A DNA stretch of 64,000 bases from Planctomycetota bacterium (GCA_038212275.1 JBBQUR010000002.1:232778-296777), one strand, 5' to 3'. Shown: positions 38,990 to 50,311, counted from the stretch's first letter. A program made the numbers and translations. The notes: generated by a model from the letters alone, not told the origin.

Positions 38990-39577
38990 TCAGGCGCCGG
39001 GCCGGCTGCCCGGCTTGATGGCCGTCGAGCCCGACTTGCAGAGCGGGCACTCGGCGGCCTCCCAGCTCTCGATGGGAAGCTTCAGCAGGGCCTCGTAGCG
39101 CATGTCGAAGGGCGACGTCGCGCTGCGGCACACCAGCGAACCGAGGGCCACGACGTTGCCGCCGGCCGCGCGCAGCAGGGCCACGACTTCCTTCACGCTG
39201 CCGCCGGTGGTCACGACGTCCTCGACCACGACGATGCGCTGGCCGGGCTTGATCGCGAAGCCGCGCCGCAGCGTCATGACGCCGTCCTTGCGCTCCGCGA
39301 AAAACGACGGCGTGCCGAGTCGGCGCGCGACCTCGTGCGCGACGATGACGCCGCCGAGCGCGGGCCCGACGACGACATCGGGCCTGGCGTCCGCGAGGCG
39401 GTCCGCCAGCGCGGCGCACACGGCTTCCGCTTCGCGCGGCAGCGCAAGCAGCAGCGCGCACTGCACGTAGCGGTCGCTGTGGCGGCCGGAGGTGAGCTGG
39501 AAATGGCCCTTGAGCAGCGCGTTGGCGCGCACGAGGCGCTGCTCGACGTCGAGAGTCGCGGGAGCGGCGGAGCTCAC
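38990..39577 (-). CDS. pyrE: Orotate phosphoribosyltransferase
   Basis: GHFQLTSGRHS, GPALGG, LRRGF, PRPP motif VVEDVVTTGGS. Confidence 0.93.
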   Translation of the reverse strand: MSSAAPATLDVEQRLVRANALLKGHFQLTSGRHSDRYVQCALLLALPREAEAVCAALADRLADARPDVVVGPALGGVIVAHEVARRLGTPSFFAERKDGVMTLRRGFAIKPGQRIVVVEDVVTTGGSVKEVVALLRAAGGNVVALGSLVCRSATSPFDMRYEALLKLPIESWEAAECPLCKSGSTAIKPGSRPGA

Positions 39578-39996
39578 TTGCCGTCTTCCACGGGCGCGCC
39601 ATCTCCCGTCGGAGCCGGTGCGCTGTCGCCGCTCGGGGGCGCGACGTCACCGGGCATCGCGTCACCGGGCATCGCGCCGCCGGCGTCGCCGGCGCCGGGC
39701 TCCGTCGTCATCGTGCCTTCGGTGCCCGGCGTGGAGATCGGGGGCAGGACCTCGTTGAATGCGATCGACGACCCGTCGCTGCGGAGCTTCGTGATGAAGA
39801 TCGCGAGCACGATGACGAGCAGCGCGACGTAGCCCGTGAACTTGTTGATGCCCTCGGCCTTCACGCCGAAGGTCTGCTGGCCGACGCCGCCGAAGGCCTC
39901 GCCGAGGCCGCCGCCCTTGCCCTCCTGGAGCAGGATCACCGCCGAGACGACGATGCAGGCCAGCACGAACACGATCCACAGAATGCTCTCGATCAT
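39574..39996 (-). CDS. secG: Preprotein translocase subunit SecG
   Basis: ILLQEGKGGGLGEAFGG...FG, two TMs; follows tpiA. Confidence 0.9.
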   Translation of the reverse strand: MIESILWIVFVLACIVVSAVILLQEGKGGGLGEAFGGVGQQTFGVKAEGINKFTGYVALLVIVLAIFITKLRSDGSSIAFNEVLPPISTPGTEGTMTTEPGAGDAGGAMPGDAMPGDVAPPSGDSAPAPTGDGAPVEDGK

Positions 39997-40787
39997 CGAT
40001 CACTCCCCGCGGGGCGTGGCGCGCTGGCGCCAAGCCGGGCGATGGCTGCAAAGGAACGGAAATCCAGGGACGCGCCACCCACCAGCGCGCCGTCCACGTC
40101 GGGGCAGGCCTCGAGGGCCGCAATGTTGTCGGGCTTCACGCTGCCGCCGTACTGCACGACGACACGTTGCGCCGCGGCGTCGCCGGCCAGCTCCGCAAGT
40201 CGCGCGCGCAGCAGCGCATGCACTTCCTGCGCCTGCGCCGGCGTGGCGTTGAGGCCGGTGCCGATGGCCCACACGGGCTCGTAGGCGACGGTCAGCCGCC
40301 GCGCCACCGTGTCGGCCGGCAGGCCGGACACGCCGACCGCAAGCTGGCGCGACACCACGTCGGCGGTGGAGCCGGCCTTGCGCTCGTCCAGCGTCTCGCC
40401 GACGCACAGGATCACGTCGAGACCGGTCGCCAGCGCGATGTCGAGGCGCGCGCGCACGTCGGCGTCGGTCTCTCCGCAGAGGTGACGGCGCTCGGAGTGC
40501 CCCACGATGACGTGGGTCGCGCCGACGTCGCGGATCATGCGCGCGGAGATCTCGCCGGTGAACGCGCCGGACTCCCGCGCGTGGCAGGTCTGCGCGCCGA
40601 CGACGATGCCGCTGCCCGAGAGCTCCGAGACGACGTCCGCGAGATAGATGAAGGGCGGGAAGACGCCGAGGCGCGCCGGCGGTTTCTCGCTCGCGAGCTG
40701 CGTGAGGTGGCGGCACAGCGAGCGCACCGCGACGCGGTCGAGGTTCATCTTCCAATTGCCGGCGATGAAGGGCGTGCGTGCGCTCAT
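39993..40787 (-). CDS. tpiA: Triosephosphate isomerase
   Basis: AGNWKMN, GAFTGE, GHSERR, AYEPVWAIGTG, YGGSV, LVGGASL. Confidence 0.96.
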   Translation of the reverse strand: MSARTPFIAGNWKMNLDRVAVRSLCRHLTQLASEKPPARLGVFPPFIYLADVVSELSGSGIVVGAQTCHARESGAFTGEISARMIRDVGATHVIVGHSERRHLCGETDADVRARLDIALATGLDVILCVGETLDERKAGSTADVVSRQLAVGVSGLPADTVARRLTVAYEPVWAIGTGLNATPAQAQEVHALLRARLAELAGDAAAQRVVVQYGGSVKPDNIAALEACPDVDGALVGGASLDFRSFAAIARLGASAPRPAGSDR

Positions 40788-40789
40788 GC

Positions 40790-42010
40790 TCAACCGTTCA
40801 CCGCGGCGCGGAGCTTGTCGGCGGCGGCCGGTGCGGCGGGCGTGCCGGAGCTTCCGGTCGCGCCGGACTCGCCGGGTGTGGAAGGCGTGGCAGGCGTGGC
40901 GGGAACTCCGGGCGCGGAGGATGCGACAGGTGCGGCGGCCATGCTGCGGCCGTCCATGCGCGCCAGGGCGCGCACGTCGTCCATGAGGCGCACGAAGTCC
41001 GCGGGCGGCAGCGCCTGCAGCGCGTCGCAGCGCGTGGTCTCGGGCCGCGGATGCACCTCGATGATGAGTCCGTCGGCGCCTGCGGCGATGGCCGCGCGCG
41101 CGAGCGCCGGCACGAGGCGCCAGTCTCCCGCCGAGTGCGAGGGATCGACGATGACGGGCAGCCCGATGCGCGACTTCAGCCAGGGAATGACGCCGATGTC
41201 CAGCAGGTAGCGCACGTGACGCTCGCTGCTCTTGAGCCCGCGCTCGCAGAGGATGAGCTGCTCGTTGCCGGTCTGCAGCACGTACTCCGCCGCGAGCAGC
41301 CACTCGTCCACGTCGGCCGCCATGTGGCGCTTGAGCAACACCGGCTTGCCCGTGCGTCCCGCTTCCATGAGCAGCGGGAAGTTCTGCATGTGGCGTGCGC
41401 CGATCTGCAGGCCGTCGGCGAGATCCGCGACGAGCGACACCTGGCGCGGGTCGCTGATTTCCGTGAAGAAGGGCAGGCCGACGGCGCGCGCGGTCGCGGC
41501 CAGTTCGGTGAGTGCCGGCAGGCCGCCGCCCTGGTAGGCGTGCGGCGAGGTGCGCACCTTGAACACGCCGCCGCGCAACGCCGTGGCGCCCGCCGCGTGC
41601 ACGGCCGCCGCGACATCGCGCAGTGCGTCCGGGTCCTCCACCGTGCACGGCCCGGCGATGACGGCGACGTGGCCGCCTCCGAAGGCTGCAGGGCCGACGC
41701 GCACCGTGCGCCCCGGATGCGCGACGGCTCCGCCGGAGCCGTTCGGAGTCGCGGCCCCGGGGACGACGGCGACAGCCGGCCGGCGCGTCGCCATGGCAAG
41801 CGGCGCGCGCGATGCCAGCGGCACGACGCGCTCGACACCCGGAATGCGCTGGACACTCTCGGCGGGCACCTCGTCGGCGCCTGCCACGACGACCAGCGCC
41901 GTGCGGTCTCCGAGGCGCGTCTCTTCGACCGTGACGCCGAGCCGCTCGAGCACCGCCCGAACCGCGGATCGCTCCGACGGACCGGCATCCGGATGAAGAA
42001 GGATGATCAA
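40790..42010 (-). CDS. aroF: DAHP synthase class I-beta with N-terminal regulatory domain
   Basis: IAGPCTVE, QIGARHMQNF, KPVLLKR, LCERG, DPSHSAG, IEVHP; TTG start (MIILLH) inferred. Confidence 0.85.
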   Translation of the reverse strand: MIILLHPDAGPSERSAVRAVLERLGVTVEETRLGDRTALVVVAGADEVPAESVQRIPGVERVVPLASRAPLAMATRRPAVAVVPGAATPNGSGGAVAHPGRTVRVGPAAFGGGHVAVIAGPCTVEDPDALRDVAAAVHAAGATALRGGVFKVRTSPHAYQGGGLPALTELAATARAVGLPFFTEISDPRQVSLVADLADGLQIGARHMQNFPLLMEAGRTGKPVLLKRHMAADVDEWLLAAEYVLQTGNEQLILCERGLKSSERHVRYLLDIGVIPWLKSRIGLPVIVDPSHSAGDWRLVPALARAAIAAGADGLIIEVHPRPETTRCDALQALPPADFVRLMDDVRALARMDGRSMAAAPVASSAPGVPATPATPSTPGESGATGSSGTPAAPAAADKLRAAVNG

Positions 42011-42129
42011 GGCGTGCGCGTCCCGCGGAGGGCCTGCAATTTCAGGCCTTTGGAGCCCACAATCGAGCCCCACAACATAAGGAATGCCTGCCGAAGGGGT
42101 CAACCCGGCGAGACCGGCGGAAGGCCGCG

Positions 42130-43935
42130 TCAGCGCAGCAGGCCCTGGTCTTCCCGGCGCTGTTTGTCCGCCGCGTAGGTGAACCGGTCGTCCGAGGTCT
42201 CGGACAGGTCCTTGGGGAAGTCTTTCAGGCGCCTCGGATCGTAGGCCGGCTCGAGCGGGACGAGCGTGAGCATCTGGGGGTATTCGCCCCCGGTCATGCG
42301 CCAGACGGTGCCGCGGTAGCTGCTGCGCCGACCCGAATGCTCATCAAGGATCAATATCTTGATCGTGAAGACCTTGCTTGAGGTGGTCAAAAGGCTGGTG
42401 AAGTCGGTCTTCACGCCGGGGTCGAGGTTCAGGGTGAAGTGGTACTTCTGCTCCACCTTGTCCACCACCTCCTCGGGGGTGCTGAACACGAAGTCGATGA
42501 TGTTCTCGTCCTCTGCCGTGTCGCCGAAACCCGCGCCGGAGCTGCTGCCGCCGGTCCCGCCGGAGTCGGAGCCGCTGCTGCCGGAAGCCCCGCTGGCTCC
42601 CGAGCCGGTGCCGGGCTTGTCGTCGAAGAGCGATCCGCCGGTCTCGTCCAGCGCGCCCTCGAGCTGCAGCCGGATGATCTCCTTGCGGTATTCAACGATC
42701 TTTTCAATGAACGATGTGGGTATTTCATCTGGAGCAAGCGCGCGCAGTACGGTGAGCGGTGCGGTGTTGGCATTCACGAGGCCGTCGTTGGTCGGGTCGA
42801 AGCTTTCCTCGGTGTCGTCGGTGCCGGTGTCGCTTCCGCCGGCCCCGCCGGCCCCGCCGGCCTCGCCAGCACCTGCCCCGGCCCCACCGGCACCGGCGCC
42901 GCCGGCACCGGTGTTGGCGCCTGCAGTCAGGCCCGGCTTGTCGAAGAGGCTGCCCTTGGTGAACGGGCTGTCGCCGAACAGGTCATCGGTCTTCGGCTTG
43001 GGCTTGATCTCAAGGCTACTGTTGACGGTCAGATAGCGATCAAGACCGGGGTAGAAGGTGTCGTCCTCGACGAAACCGACGAGGCGCTCCGAGGTGATGC
43101 CCTCGATGTCCGCAAGCTCACCCAGCGTGAGCGGGAAGTTCACCTTCTGGTTGTCCAGGAAGCCCGCCCCGCTCAGCTCGGTCTCGGTCTTCTCCTCGTC
43201 GGCGTTGCTGGGCTTGATCTTCGGCACCGGCACGGGATCGAAGGTGCCCCGGTTGCCGGAGACCCAGTCGTCGAGGCTGTCGATGAGGTCCGTGGCATCC
43301 ACGATGGACAGGTCGCGACTCGTCCCCTCGAAGGCCTTGTCGAGCAGTCTGCGCACGATTTCGCGGTGCTTGGCGGCGATGTCCTTGTCGGGGTTCCACA
43401 GGCCGAGCAAGTTGATCTTGCTGTCCTCGTCCTCGACCTCGACGAACATCGTGAAGTCCTGGCCGAGCGCCGGGGAGAGGGCGCTGCTGTCCTGCCACTC
43501 GTCGAGCAGGCTGTCGGTCTTCGCGATGGTGTCCGCGATGCTGGCCTGCTCATCGGAGCCGGGGCCGCCGTCGACGGAACCCGAGGCGTCACCGCCTCCA
43601 TCGCCGCCACCCCCGTCTCCGCCGCCTGCCCCGCCGAGTCCCCCCAGCAGGTCGCCGCCTCCCGCGTCACCGCCGGAGCCATCGTCCGGCGTGTCCACAT
43701 CGAGCAGCAGTTGAGTCTGCGCCTGCTGGAAGGCGGCGTCGGCCAGCATGCCCATGCGGGCGGCGTCGACGAAGGCGCGCGAGTGATCCAGTTCGACGGA
43801 GGCCGTGAAGCGCACCTGGAACAGGACGATCACGAGCACGAAGAGCACGAGCATCGCCAGCACGATGGAGACGCCGGCCTCGCTTCGGCGGCGCACGACG
43901 GGATGGGCACTGAACGTGTCGGGCGGTGCGTGCAT
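42130..43935 (-). CDS. GspK-like (type II secretion pseudopilin K) protein with acidic/Gly-rich insertions
   Basis: RRRSEAG|VSIVLAMLVLFVL prepilin-like N-terminus; EDEDSKINL; VNANTAPLTVLRAL; LTTSSKVFTI. Confidence 0.72.
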   Translation of the reverse strand: MHAPPDTFSAHPVVRRRSEAGVSIVLAMLVLFVLVIVLFQVRFTASVELDHSRAFVDAARMGMLADAAFQQAQTQLLLDVDTPDDGSGGDAGGGDLLGGLGGAGGGDGGGGDGGGDASGSVDGGPGSDEQASIADTIAKTDSLLDEWQDSSALSPALGQDFTMFVEVEDEDSKINLLGLWNPDKDIAAKHREIVRRLLDKAFEGTSRDLSIVDATDLIDSLDDWVSGNRGTFDPVPVPKIKPSNADEEKTETELSGAGFLDNQKVNFPLTLGELADIEGITSERLVGFVEDDTFYPGLDRYLTVNSSLEIKPKPKTDDLFGDSPFTKGSLFDKPGLTAGANTGAGGAGAGGAGAGAGEAGGAGGAGGSDTGTDDTEESFDPTNDGLVNANTAPLTVLRALAPDEIPTSFIEKIVEYRKEIIRLQLEGALDETGGSLFDDKPGTGSGASGASGSSGSDSGGTGGSSSGAGFGDTAEDENIIDFVFSTPEEVVDKVEQKYHFTLNLDPGVKTDFTSLLTTSSKVFTIKILILDEHSGRRSSYRGTVWRMTGGEYPQMLTLVPLEPAYDPRRLKDFPKDLSETSDDRFTYAADKQRREDQGLLR

Positions 43936-44145
43936 GCCTGTCTTGGACGACCTCCGTGCGCCGGGTGTTCCCGAAGCCCCGCGGGCCCGGATGTCCGGCG
44001 CCCACGGCCACGATAGCAGGGCGTCGAGGCCGGGCAGCCGGTCGTCGCCGGGAGCGGCCGGCGCCGACAGGTGCACGGCCTCGCTCCACGCCCTCGCTCC
44101 AAGCCCTCGCCCGAAAGCTGCGGTGAACCTCCGGGGGCCGTCGCC

Positions 44146-44151
44146 TATGAT
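44146..44151 (+). promoter_or_regulatory. Putative -10 box (TATGAT) 9 nt before the GT2 start codon
   Basis: tatgat-ccgcggccg-ATG, with no SD sequence. Confidence 0.45.
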
Positions 44152-44160
44152 CCGCGGCCG

Positions 44161-45030
44161 ATGATCGAGCTTACGGTGGTGATTCCGGCCTACAACGAGG
44201 CCCACGGCATCCGTCCTGCCGTGACGCAGCTGGCGGAGGTGCTGGCGCGTTCGGGCATCGTTCACGAGATCCTGCTCGTGGACGACGGCAGCACGGACGG
44301 CACCGACGCGGCCATCGCCGAGCTGGCCGCCCGGCTGCCAGCGGTCCGGGCGCTGTCCCACCCGATGAACCGCGGCTACGGCGCGTCGCTCAAGACCGGC
44401 ATCCTGGCGGCGAGCGCGCCCGTCATCGCCATCACGGACGCGGACGGCACCTACCCCGAAGACTCCCTGCCCGGTCTGTATCGCGAACTGGTCGCGAAGG
44501 GCGCCGACATGGTCGTCGGCGCGCGCACCGGCGCCAGCGTGCACATCCCGCTGGTGCGCCGGCCGGCCAAGGCCGTGCTGCGCCTGCTGGCCAACTACCT
44601 CACGGGCAAGCGCATCCCGGACCTCAACTCCGGCCTGCGCGTCTTCCGCCGCGAGCCGGTCGTCGAGCGCTTCAACCTCATCAGCGACGGCTTCTCGTTC
44701 ACGACGACGGTCACGATGGCGCTGCTCTCGCGCAACCGGCCCGTGATCTTCGTGCCGATCGACTACCGCAAGCGCACCGGCAACAGCAAGATCCGGCCCA
44801 TCGCCGACACCTTCAACTTCACGGTGCTCATCCTGCGCGTCAGCATTTTCTTCGAGCCGTTCAAGGTCTTCCTGCCGGTGTCGGGTGCGCTGGCCGTGGC
44901 CGGGCTGGCGTACGGCGGCTACCAGGTGAATCAGGGCAACCTCGGCGAGGGCCCCGTGCTGCTGCTCGTCGCCTCGCTGCAGATCTTCTGCGTCGGGCTC
45001 ATCGCCGACATGATCAGCCGCAAGAACTGA
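44161..45030 (+). CDS. Glycosyltransferase family 2 (DPM1-like)
   Basis: VVIPAYNE, VDDGSTDGT, NRGYG, DADGTY, DLNSGLR; C-terminal TMs. Confidence 0.92.
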   Translation: MIELTVVIPAYNEAHGIRPAVTQLAEVLARSGIVHEILLVDDGSTDGTDAAIAELAARLPAVRALSHPMNRGYGASLKTGILAASAPVIAITDADGTYPEDSLPGLYRELVAKGADMVVGARTGASVHIPLVRRPAKAVLRLLANYLTGKRIPDLNSGLRVFRREPVVERFNLISDGFSFTTTVTMALLSRNRPVIFVPIDYRKRTGNSKIRPIADTFNFTVLILRVSIFFEPFKVFLPVSGALAVAGLAYGGYQVNQGNLGEGPVLLLVASLQIFCVGLIADMISRKN

Positions 45031-45062
45031 GCGCACGTGTTCCTCGACCTCCGGAGACGGTC

Positions 45063-45524
45063 ATGAAGTACTTCGCAGGAATGCTGCTCGTCATCGGGCT
45101 CGGTCTCGCGCTCGCGCCGGCACCCGGTTGCAGCAGCGACGGCAGCGGCAGCGAGCGAGGCGACTTCCTGCACTCGGAGCGGCCGCTCGTCGAGCTCGAC
45201 GGCCACGTATGGCAGTTGCTGGAAGTGGGCGGCCTGGCCTTCACGCTGCCGCCCGGCAGCACCGTTCCCTCCATCAGCTTCGACACGGAATCGGGCAAGG
45301 CCAGCGGGCACGCCGGCTGCAACCAGTTCTTCGGCCAGTTCGTGATCTCGGGGTCGAGCCTGAGCTTCGAGCAGCTCGGCACCACGCGCATGGCCTGTCC
45401 GGAGCCGCTCGCAAGCGTCGAGCAGCGCTTCCTGGCCGCGCTCGGCAACACGGACGGCTACGCGATGCAGGGCAGCGAGCTGCTGCTGCTGTCGGGCTCC
45501 ACCGTTCTCGCGCGGCTCCATTAG
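45063..45524 (+). CDS. META-domain (HslJ-like) lipoprotein
   Basis: Lipobox-like PGC; SGHAGCNQFFG, TTRMAC, EQRFLAAL. Confidence 0.88.
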   Translation: MKYFAGMLLVIGLGLALAPAPGCSSDGSGSERGDFLHSERPLVELDGHVWQLLEVGGLAFTLPPGSTVPSISFDTESGKASGHAGCNQFFGQFVISGSSLSFEQLGTTRMACPEPLASVEQRFLAALGNTDGYAMQGSELLLLSGSTVLARLH

Positions 45525-45563
45525 GCGTCAGCGCGATGGCTTGATGAAAGGAGCGCCGGACGT

Positions 45564-45779
45564 TCAGGCCGGACGCCACTTCATCGAGAGCTCCCGACCG
45601 TGAGCCGCGCAGTCGCGGAGGTACAGGTTGATGAGACTCTGGTAGGGCAGTTCCGTCTTTTCGGCGAGCACCTTGAAGTACGAGATGGTCTCCTCGTCGA
45701 GACGAATCGTCACCGAGCGCTTGAGGCGCTTGGCGTAGGGATTGCGACGAGCCTTGGAAAAGTCGTAGCTGGTTCTCAT
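45564..45779 (-). CDS. brnA: BrnA-family antitoxin
   Basis: MRTSYDFSKARRNPYAKRLKRSVTIRLD...PYQSLINLYL. Confidence 0.85.
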   Translation of the reverse strand: MRTSYDFSKARRNPYAKRLKRSVTIRLDEETISYFKVLAEKTELPYQSLINLYLRDCAAHGRELSMKWRPA

Positions 45780-46072
45780 GGCGCGTACCTCGTCGTGTAT
45801 TGACGCTGCTCCGCGCGGATTGCCTTCCGCGCAGAGATGATTCGGATGGTGTTCGCCGCCTCCCGGTACACATGCACCACCACGAGTACCCGAGTGGCGG
45901 CGCTGAGCCCGAGGAGGATGAAGCGGTCCTCGACGTCGGAGTGATCCGGGTCGTCGATGAGAAGTGCGGCTTCGTCCGCGAACACGGTCGTGTCTTCGTC
46001 AAACGTGATGCCATGCTTCGCCCGGTTGGCTGAGGCCTTGCGCGGATCCCATTCGAAGTCGACTGCCGGCAT
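45776..46072 (-). CDS. brnT: BrnT-family toxin
   Basis: FEWDPRKASANRAKHGITF, DPDHS..EDRF, IRIISARKA. Confidence 0.9.
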   Translation of the reverse strand: MPAVDFEWDPRKASANRAKHGITFDEDTTVFADEAALLIDDPDHSDVEDRFILLGLSAATRVLVVVHVYREAANTIRIISARKAIRAEQRQYTTRYAP

Positions 46073-46078
46073 GCTGCC

Positions 46079-46096
46079 AGTGTAGGTACAATGTAC
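46079..46096 (-). promoter_or_regulatory. -10 box TACACT 6 nt before the brnT ATG, plus palindrome GTACA-A-TGTAC (putative autoregulatory operator)
   Basis: Minus strand reads gtgcGTACATTGTACcTACACTggcagcATG. Confidence 0.55.
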
Positions 46097-46231
46097 GCAC
46101 GCTGCACGCTACAAGAGGGGGGCGGCGTTCTCCGTTCACCCGGCGCGAAGGGTGCTGGACCCCAACGCCTGCGTCGGCGATTCTCTGGGGCTTCGCGGTC
46201 CGCACCGCACGCGCCCCTCGACAGGCACAGC

Positions 46232-47866
<1,635 letters not shown>

Positions 47867-47997
47867 CGCTTCGTTCCTTGACCTTGCAGGACAACCGCTG
47901 AACCGAGGCCGTCGCCAACGCCGCGTCCGTCGACGCTCGTCGCCAGCTCCACCCGGAGTCCGGCGCCACATGGATCGGGATCGCCGGAGCTCATGCC

Positions 47998-48153
47998 ATG
48001 TTCGGAGCCTCGTCGTGCAGCGCAGAGATCGCGGCCTGCGCCCGGCAGCTGCCGCGGCGCAAGGCCTCGCTGGTGTGCGACGTGCTCGACCAGGAATGCT
48101 TCGCGAAGTCGCTCGACCTCGCGGATTTCGCATGCCTTTTCGCCAACGTATGA
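47998..48153 (+). pseudogene. Possible Fpg/Nei (H2TH) glycosylase remnant
   Basis: ORF reads ...RKASLVCDVLDQECFAK..., resembling the 'LVCDALLDQxxFAG' segment of Nei-like enzymes; the rest is unrecognisable. Confidence 0.25.
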
Positions 48154-48222
48154 TGCGTGGGCGGATCGGGCGCAACGAGGGCTGCCCGCCCTGATCGAAG
48201 CGCCCACGGGAGGGAAATCCAC

Positions 48223-48654
48223 ATGTCGCACCCGGTCGTCGAACCCTATCTCTTCTTCGGTGGTCGCTGTGACGAAGCGCTCGCCTTCTACCGCACCGCA
48301 CTCGGCGCGACGGTGGGCATGGTGATGCGCTTCAGCGACAGCCCGGAGCCGATGCCGCCGGGCGTGCTGCAGCCCGGCTTCGAACACAAGGTCATGCACT
48401 CCAGCTTCGTGGTCGGCGGCACCACGATCATGGCGTCCGACGGTTGCGGCGAGGGCTCGGCCTTCAGCGGCTTTTCGCTGGCGCTGTCCGTCTCGACGGA
48501 AGCCGAGGCCGACCGCGCCTTTGCCGCACTCGCCGACGGCGGCAAGGTGACCATGCCGCTCGCCCGGACCTTCTGGTCCCCGCGCTACGGCATGGTCACG
48601 GATCGCTTCGGCGTCCTGTGGATGGTCATGGTGACGGCGCTCGTGAAGCACTGA
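48223..48654 (+). CDS. VOC/PhnB-family protein
   Basis: PYLFFGGRCDEALAFY, KVMHS, MASDG, TFWSPRYGMVTDRFGVLWMV. Confidence 0.9.
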   Translation: MSHPVVEPYLFFGGRCDEALAFYRTALGATVGMVMRFSDSPEPMPPGVLQPGFEHKVMHSSFVVGGTTIMASDGCGEGSAFSGFSLALSVSTEAEADRAFAALADGGKVTMPLARTFWSPRYGMVTDRFGVLWMVMVTALVKH

Positions 48655-48724
48655 AGTCCCGCCGAGGGCGCGTGCCCGCGAGTCGTGCCGCCAGATCATC
48701 CGGCGTCCGCGAGACCCGATCGCG

Positions 48725-50311
48725 CTACTTCGCCGTCACCTCGAACCACAGGCCATTGGTGAGCGACACCTTCGGGCCGGCCGGCAGCTGCGGGTCGGCG
48801 GACAGCGCCTGCAGGTGCAGGCGCGTGCCCACGCCGAGGGTCGTGAGGAGCGCGCCGTCGATCGGCAGATCGAAGCTCCCGTCGCAGAGGCCGGGGTCAC
48901 CCGAACCTGCGCTGGTCGTGCCGCTCAGCGCGAGCCACGGCGGCAGCACGAGCACTTCACCGCCGAGACCGGGCAGCGACGCGGCCTGCAGGCCGACGAG
49001 CATCAGCAACGGTTGCTGGATGAGCAGATTGCCAGCGTGCACCACGATGCCGGCGCCGCCCGCCGTCGGCGTGCCGCTGGCCGTCAGTGCCGGCAGACAG
49101 CCCAGCGAGTTGGTCCTGGCCGTGCCGTAGCCCGCGATCAGGCAGTGGCTGTTGCCGATGCTGATCTGGCCGGTGCTGTAGTCGCCGGCCCATGCATCCA
49201 GGTAGCCGTCGCCGTTCGTGTCCGCGAGCAGCACCTCGATGGTCTGCACCGTCGCCGGCACGCTGGCCGTCACCGCGAAGTGCCCGCTGCCATCGTTCGA
49301 CAGCAGCCGTATCGCCATCGAGGAGCCGGTCGTCGCGAGCAGGTCGAGGTCGCCGTCGCGATCGAGGTCGCCGGCCGCGATGCCCTTGATGTAGTAGCCG
49401 GGGTTGAAGCTCTGCCCGACCGTGAAGTGCCCCGCGCCGTCGTTGAACCACGTGGACAGCGAGTACTTGCCGCCGCACGCGAAGTCAGTGTCCCCGTCGC
49501 CGTCCCAGTCGCCCTGCTCGAGGCCGGAGGCGTACGAGCTTGCGGGATAGTCCGAGGCCACGTTGACGAAGCTGCCGTCGCTCGCGCCGAGGGCGATGTT
49601 GACGCGCGACGCGCTGACGTATCCGCCCAGCTCGGCGACATCGAGGTTGCCGTCGCCATTGAAGTCCGCCGCCACCAGGTGATGCGCCGGCAGCGCGAGG
49701 TCGTGCGTCTTGGACAACGCGAAGCCGCCGGCGCCGTCGCCGAATGCAACGAACACGCCGCCGGAGTAGCCGCCGTTCGACAGCGCGTGATTGGACACGC
49801 CGACGATCACGTCGACGTGGCCGTCACCGTTCACGTCGCCGGGGATCACGGCCACGGAACCGAGGTCGGCGCTCGACAGGGCGACAGGCGCTGCGAGCGT
49901 GAAGTGCCCCGCGCCGTCGTTGCGCGCCAGCCGCAGCTGGTTCCGCAGGCCGAGCACGAGGTCGAGGTCGCCGTCGTCGTCGACGTCGACCAGCGCCAGC
50001 GCCGACGGCGAGTTGCCGACGGCCAGCGTCTGCTGCGTGAATCCGGCCGCACCGCCGTTGATGAGCAGGCGCACCTGGTTGGCGACGGAGTTGGCCGACA
50101 CCACGTCGAGGTCGCCGTCGCCATCGATGTCCCCTGCCGCGAGATCATCCACGCCGCCGCCAGCCTGCATGCCGGTGGCGGAGTACTCCACGAGCAAGGC
50201 ATGTTCGCCAGGCAGCGACTGGGCGAGCGATGGCGCAGCGAGGCACGCGAGTGCGAGGCCCCGGGCAAGAGGGCGCGAAAGCAGGAAACGACTCGTGTCG
50301 TGGACGCACAT
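48725..50311 (-). CDS. Secreted FG-GAP/VCBS repeat protein with a distinct C-terminal domain
   Basis: Signal peptide; about 7 DxDGDGxxD repeats; C-terminal YGTARTNSLGC...LQA...DP...SLTNGL. Confidence 0.85.
   Translation of the reverse strand: MCVHDTSRFLLSRPLARGLALACLAAPSLAQSLPGEHALLVEYSATGMQAGGGVDDLAAGDIDGDGDLDVVSANSVANQVRLLINGGAAGFTQQTLAVGNSPSALALVDVDDDGDLDLVLGLRNQLRLARNDGAGHFTLAAPVALSSADLGSVAVIPGDVNGDGHVDVIVGVSNHALSNGGYSGGVFVAFGDGAGGFALSKTHDLALPAHHLVAADFNGDGNLDVAELGGYVSASRVNIALGASDGSFVNVASDYPASSYASGLEQGDWDGDGDTDFACGGKYSLSTWFNDGAGHFTVGQSFNPGYYIKGIAAGDLDRDGDLDLLATTGSSMAIRLLSNDGSGHFAVTASVPATVQTIEVLLADTNGDGYLDAWAGDYSTGQISIGNSHCLIAGYGTARTNSLGCLPALTASGTPTAGGAGIVVHAGNLLIQQPLLMLVGLQAASLPGLGGEVLVLPPWLALSGTTSAGSGDPGLCDGSFDLPIDGALLTTLGVGTRLHLQALSADPQLPAGPKVSLTNGLWFEVTAK

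Noticed and set aside
43936..45036. N-terminal extension of the 968-aa ORF 42130..45036
   Set aside because: Overlaps the GT2 gene on the opposite strand; the prepilin-like N-terminus places the start near 43935
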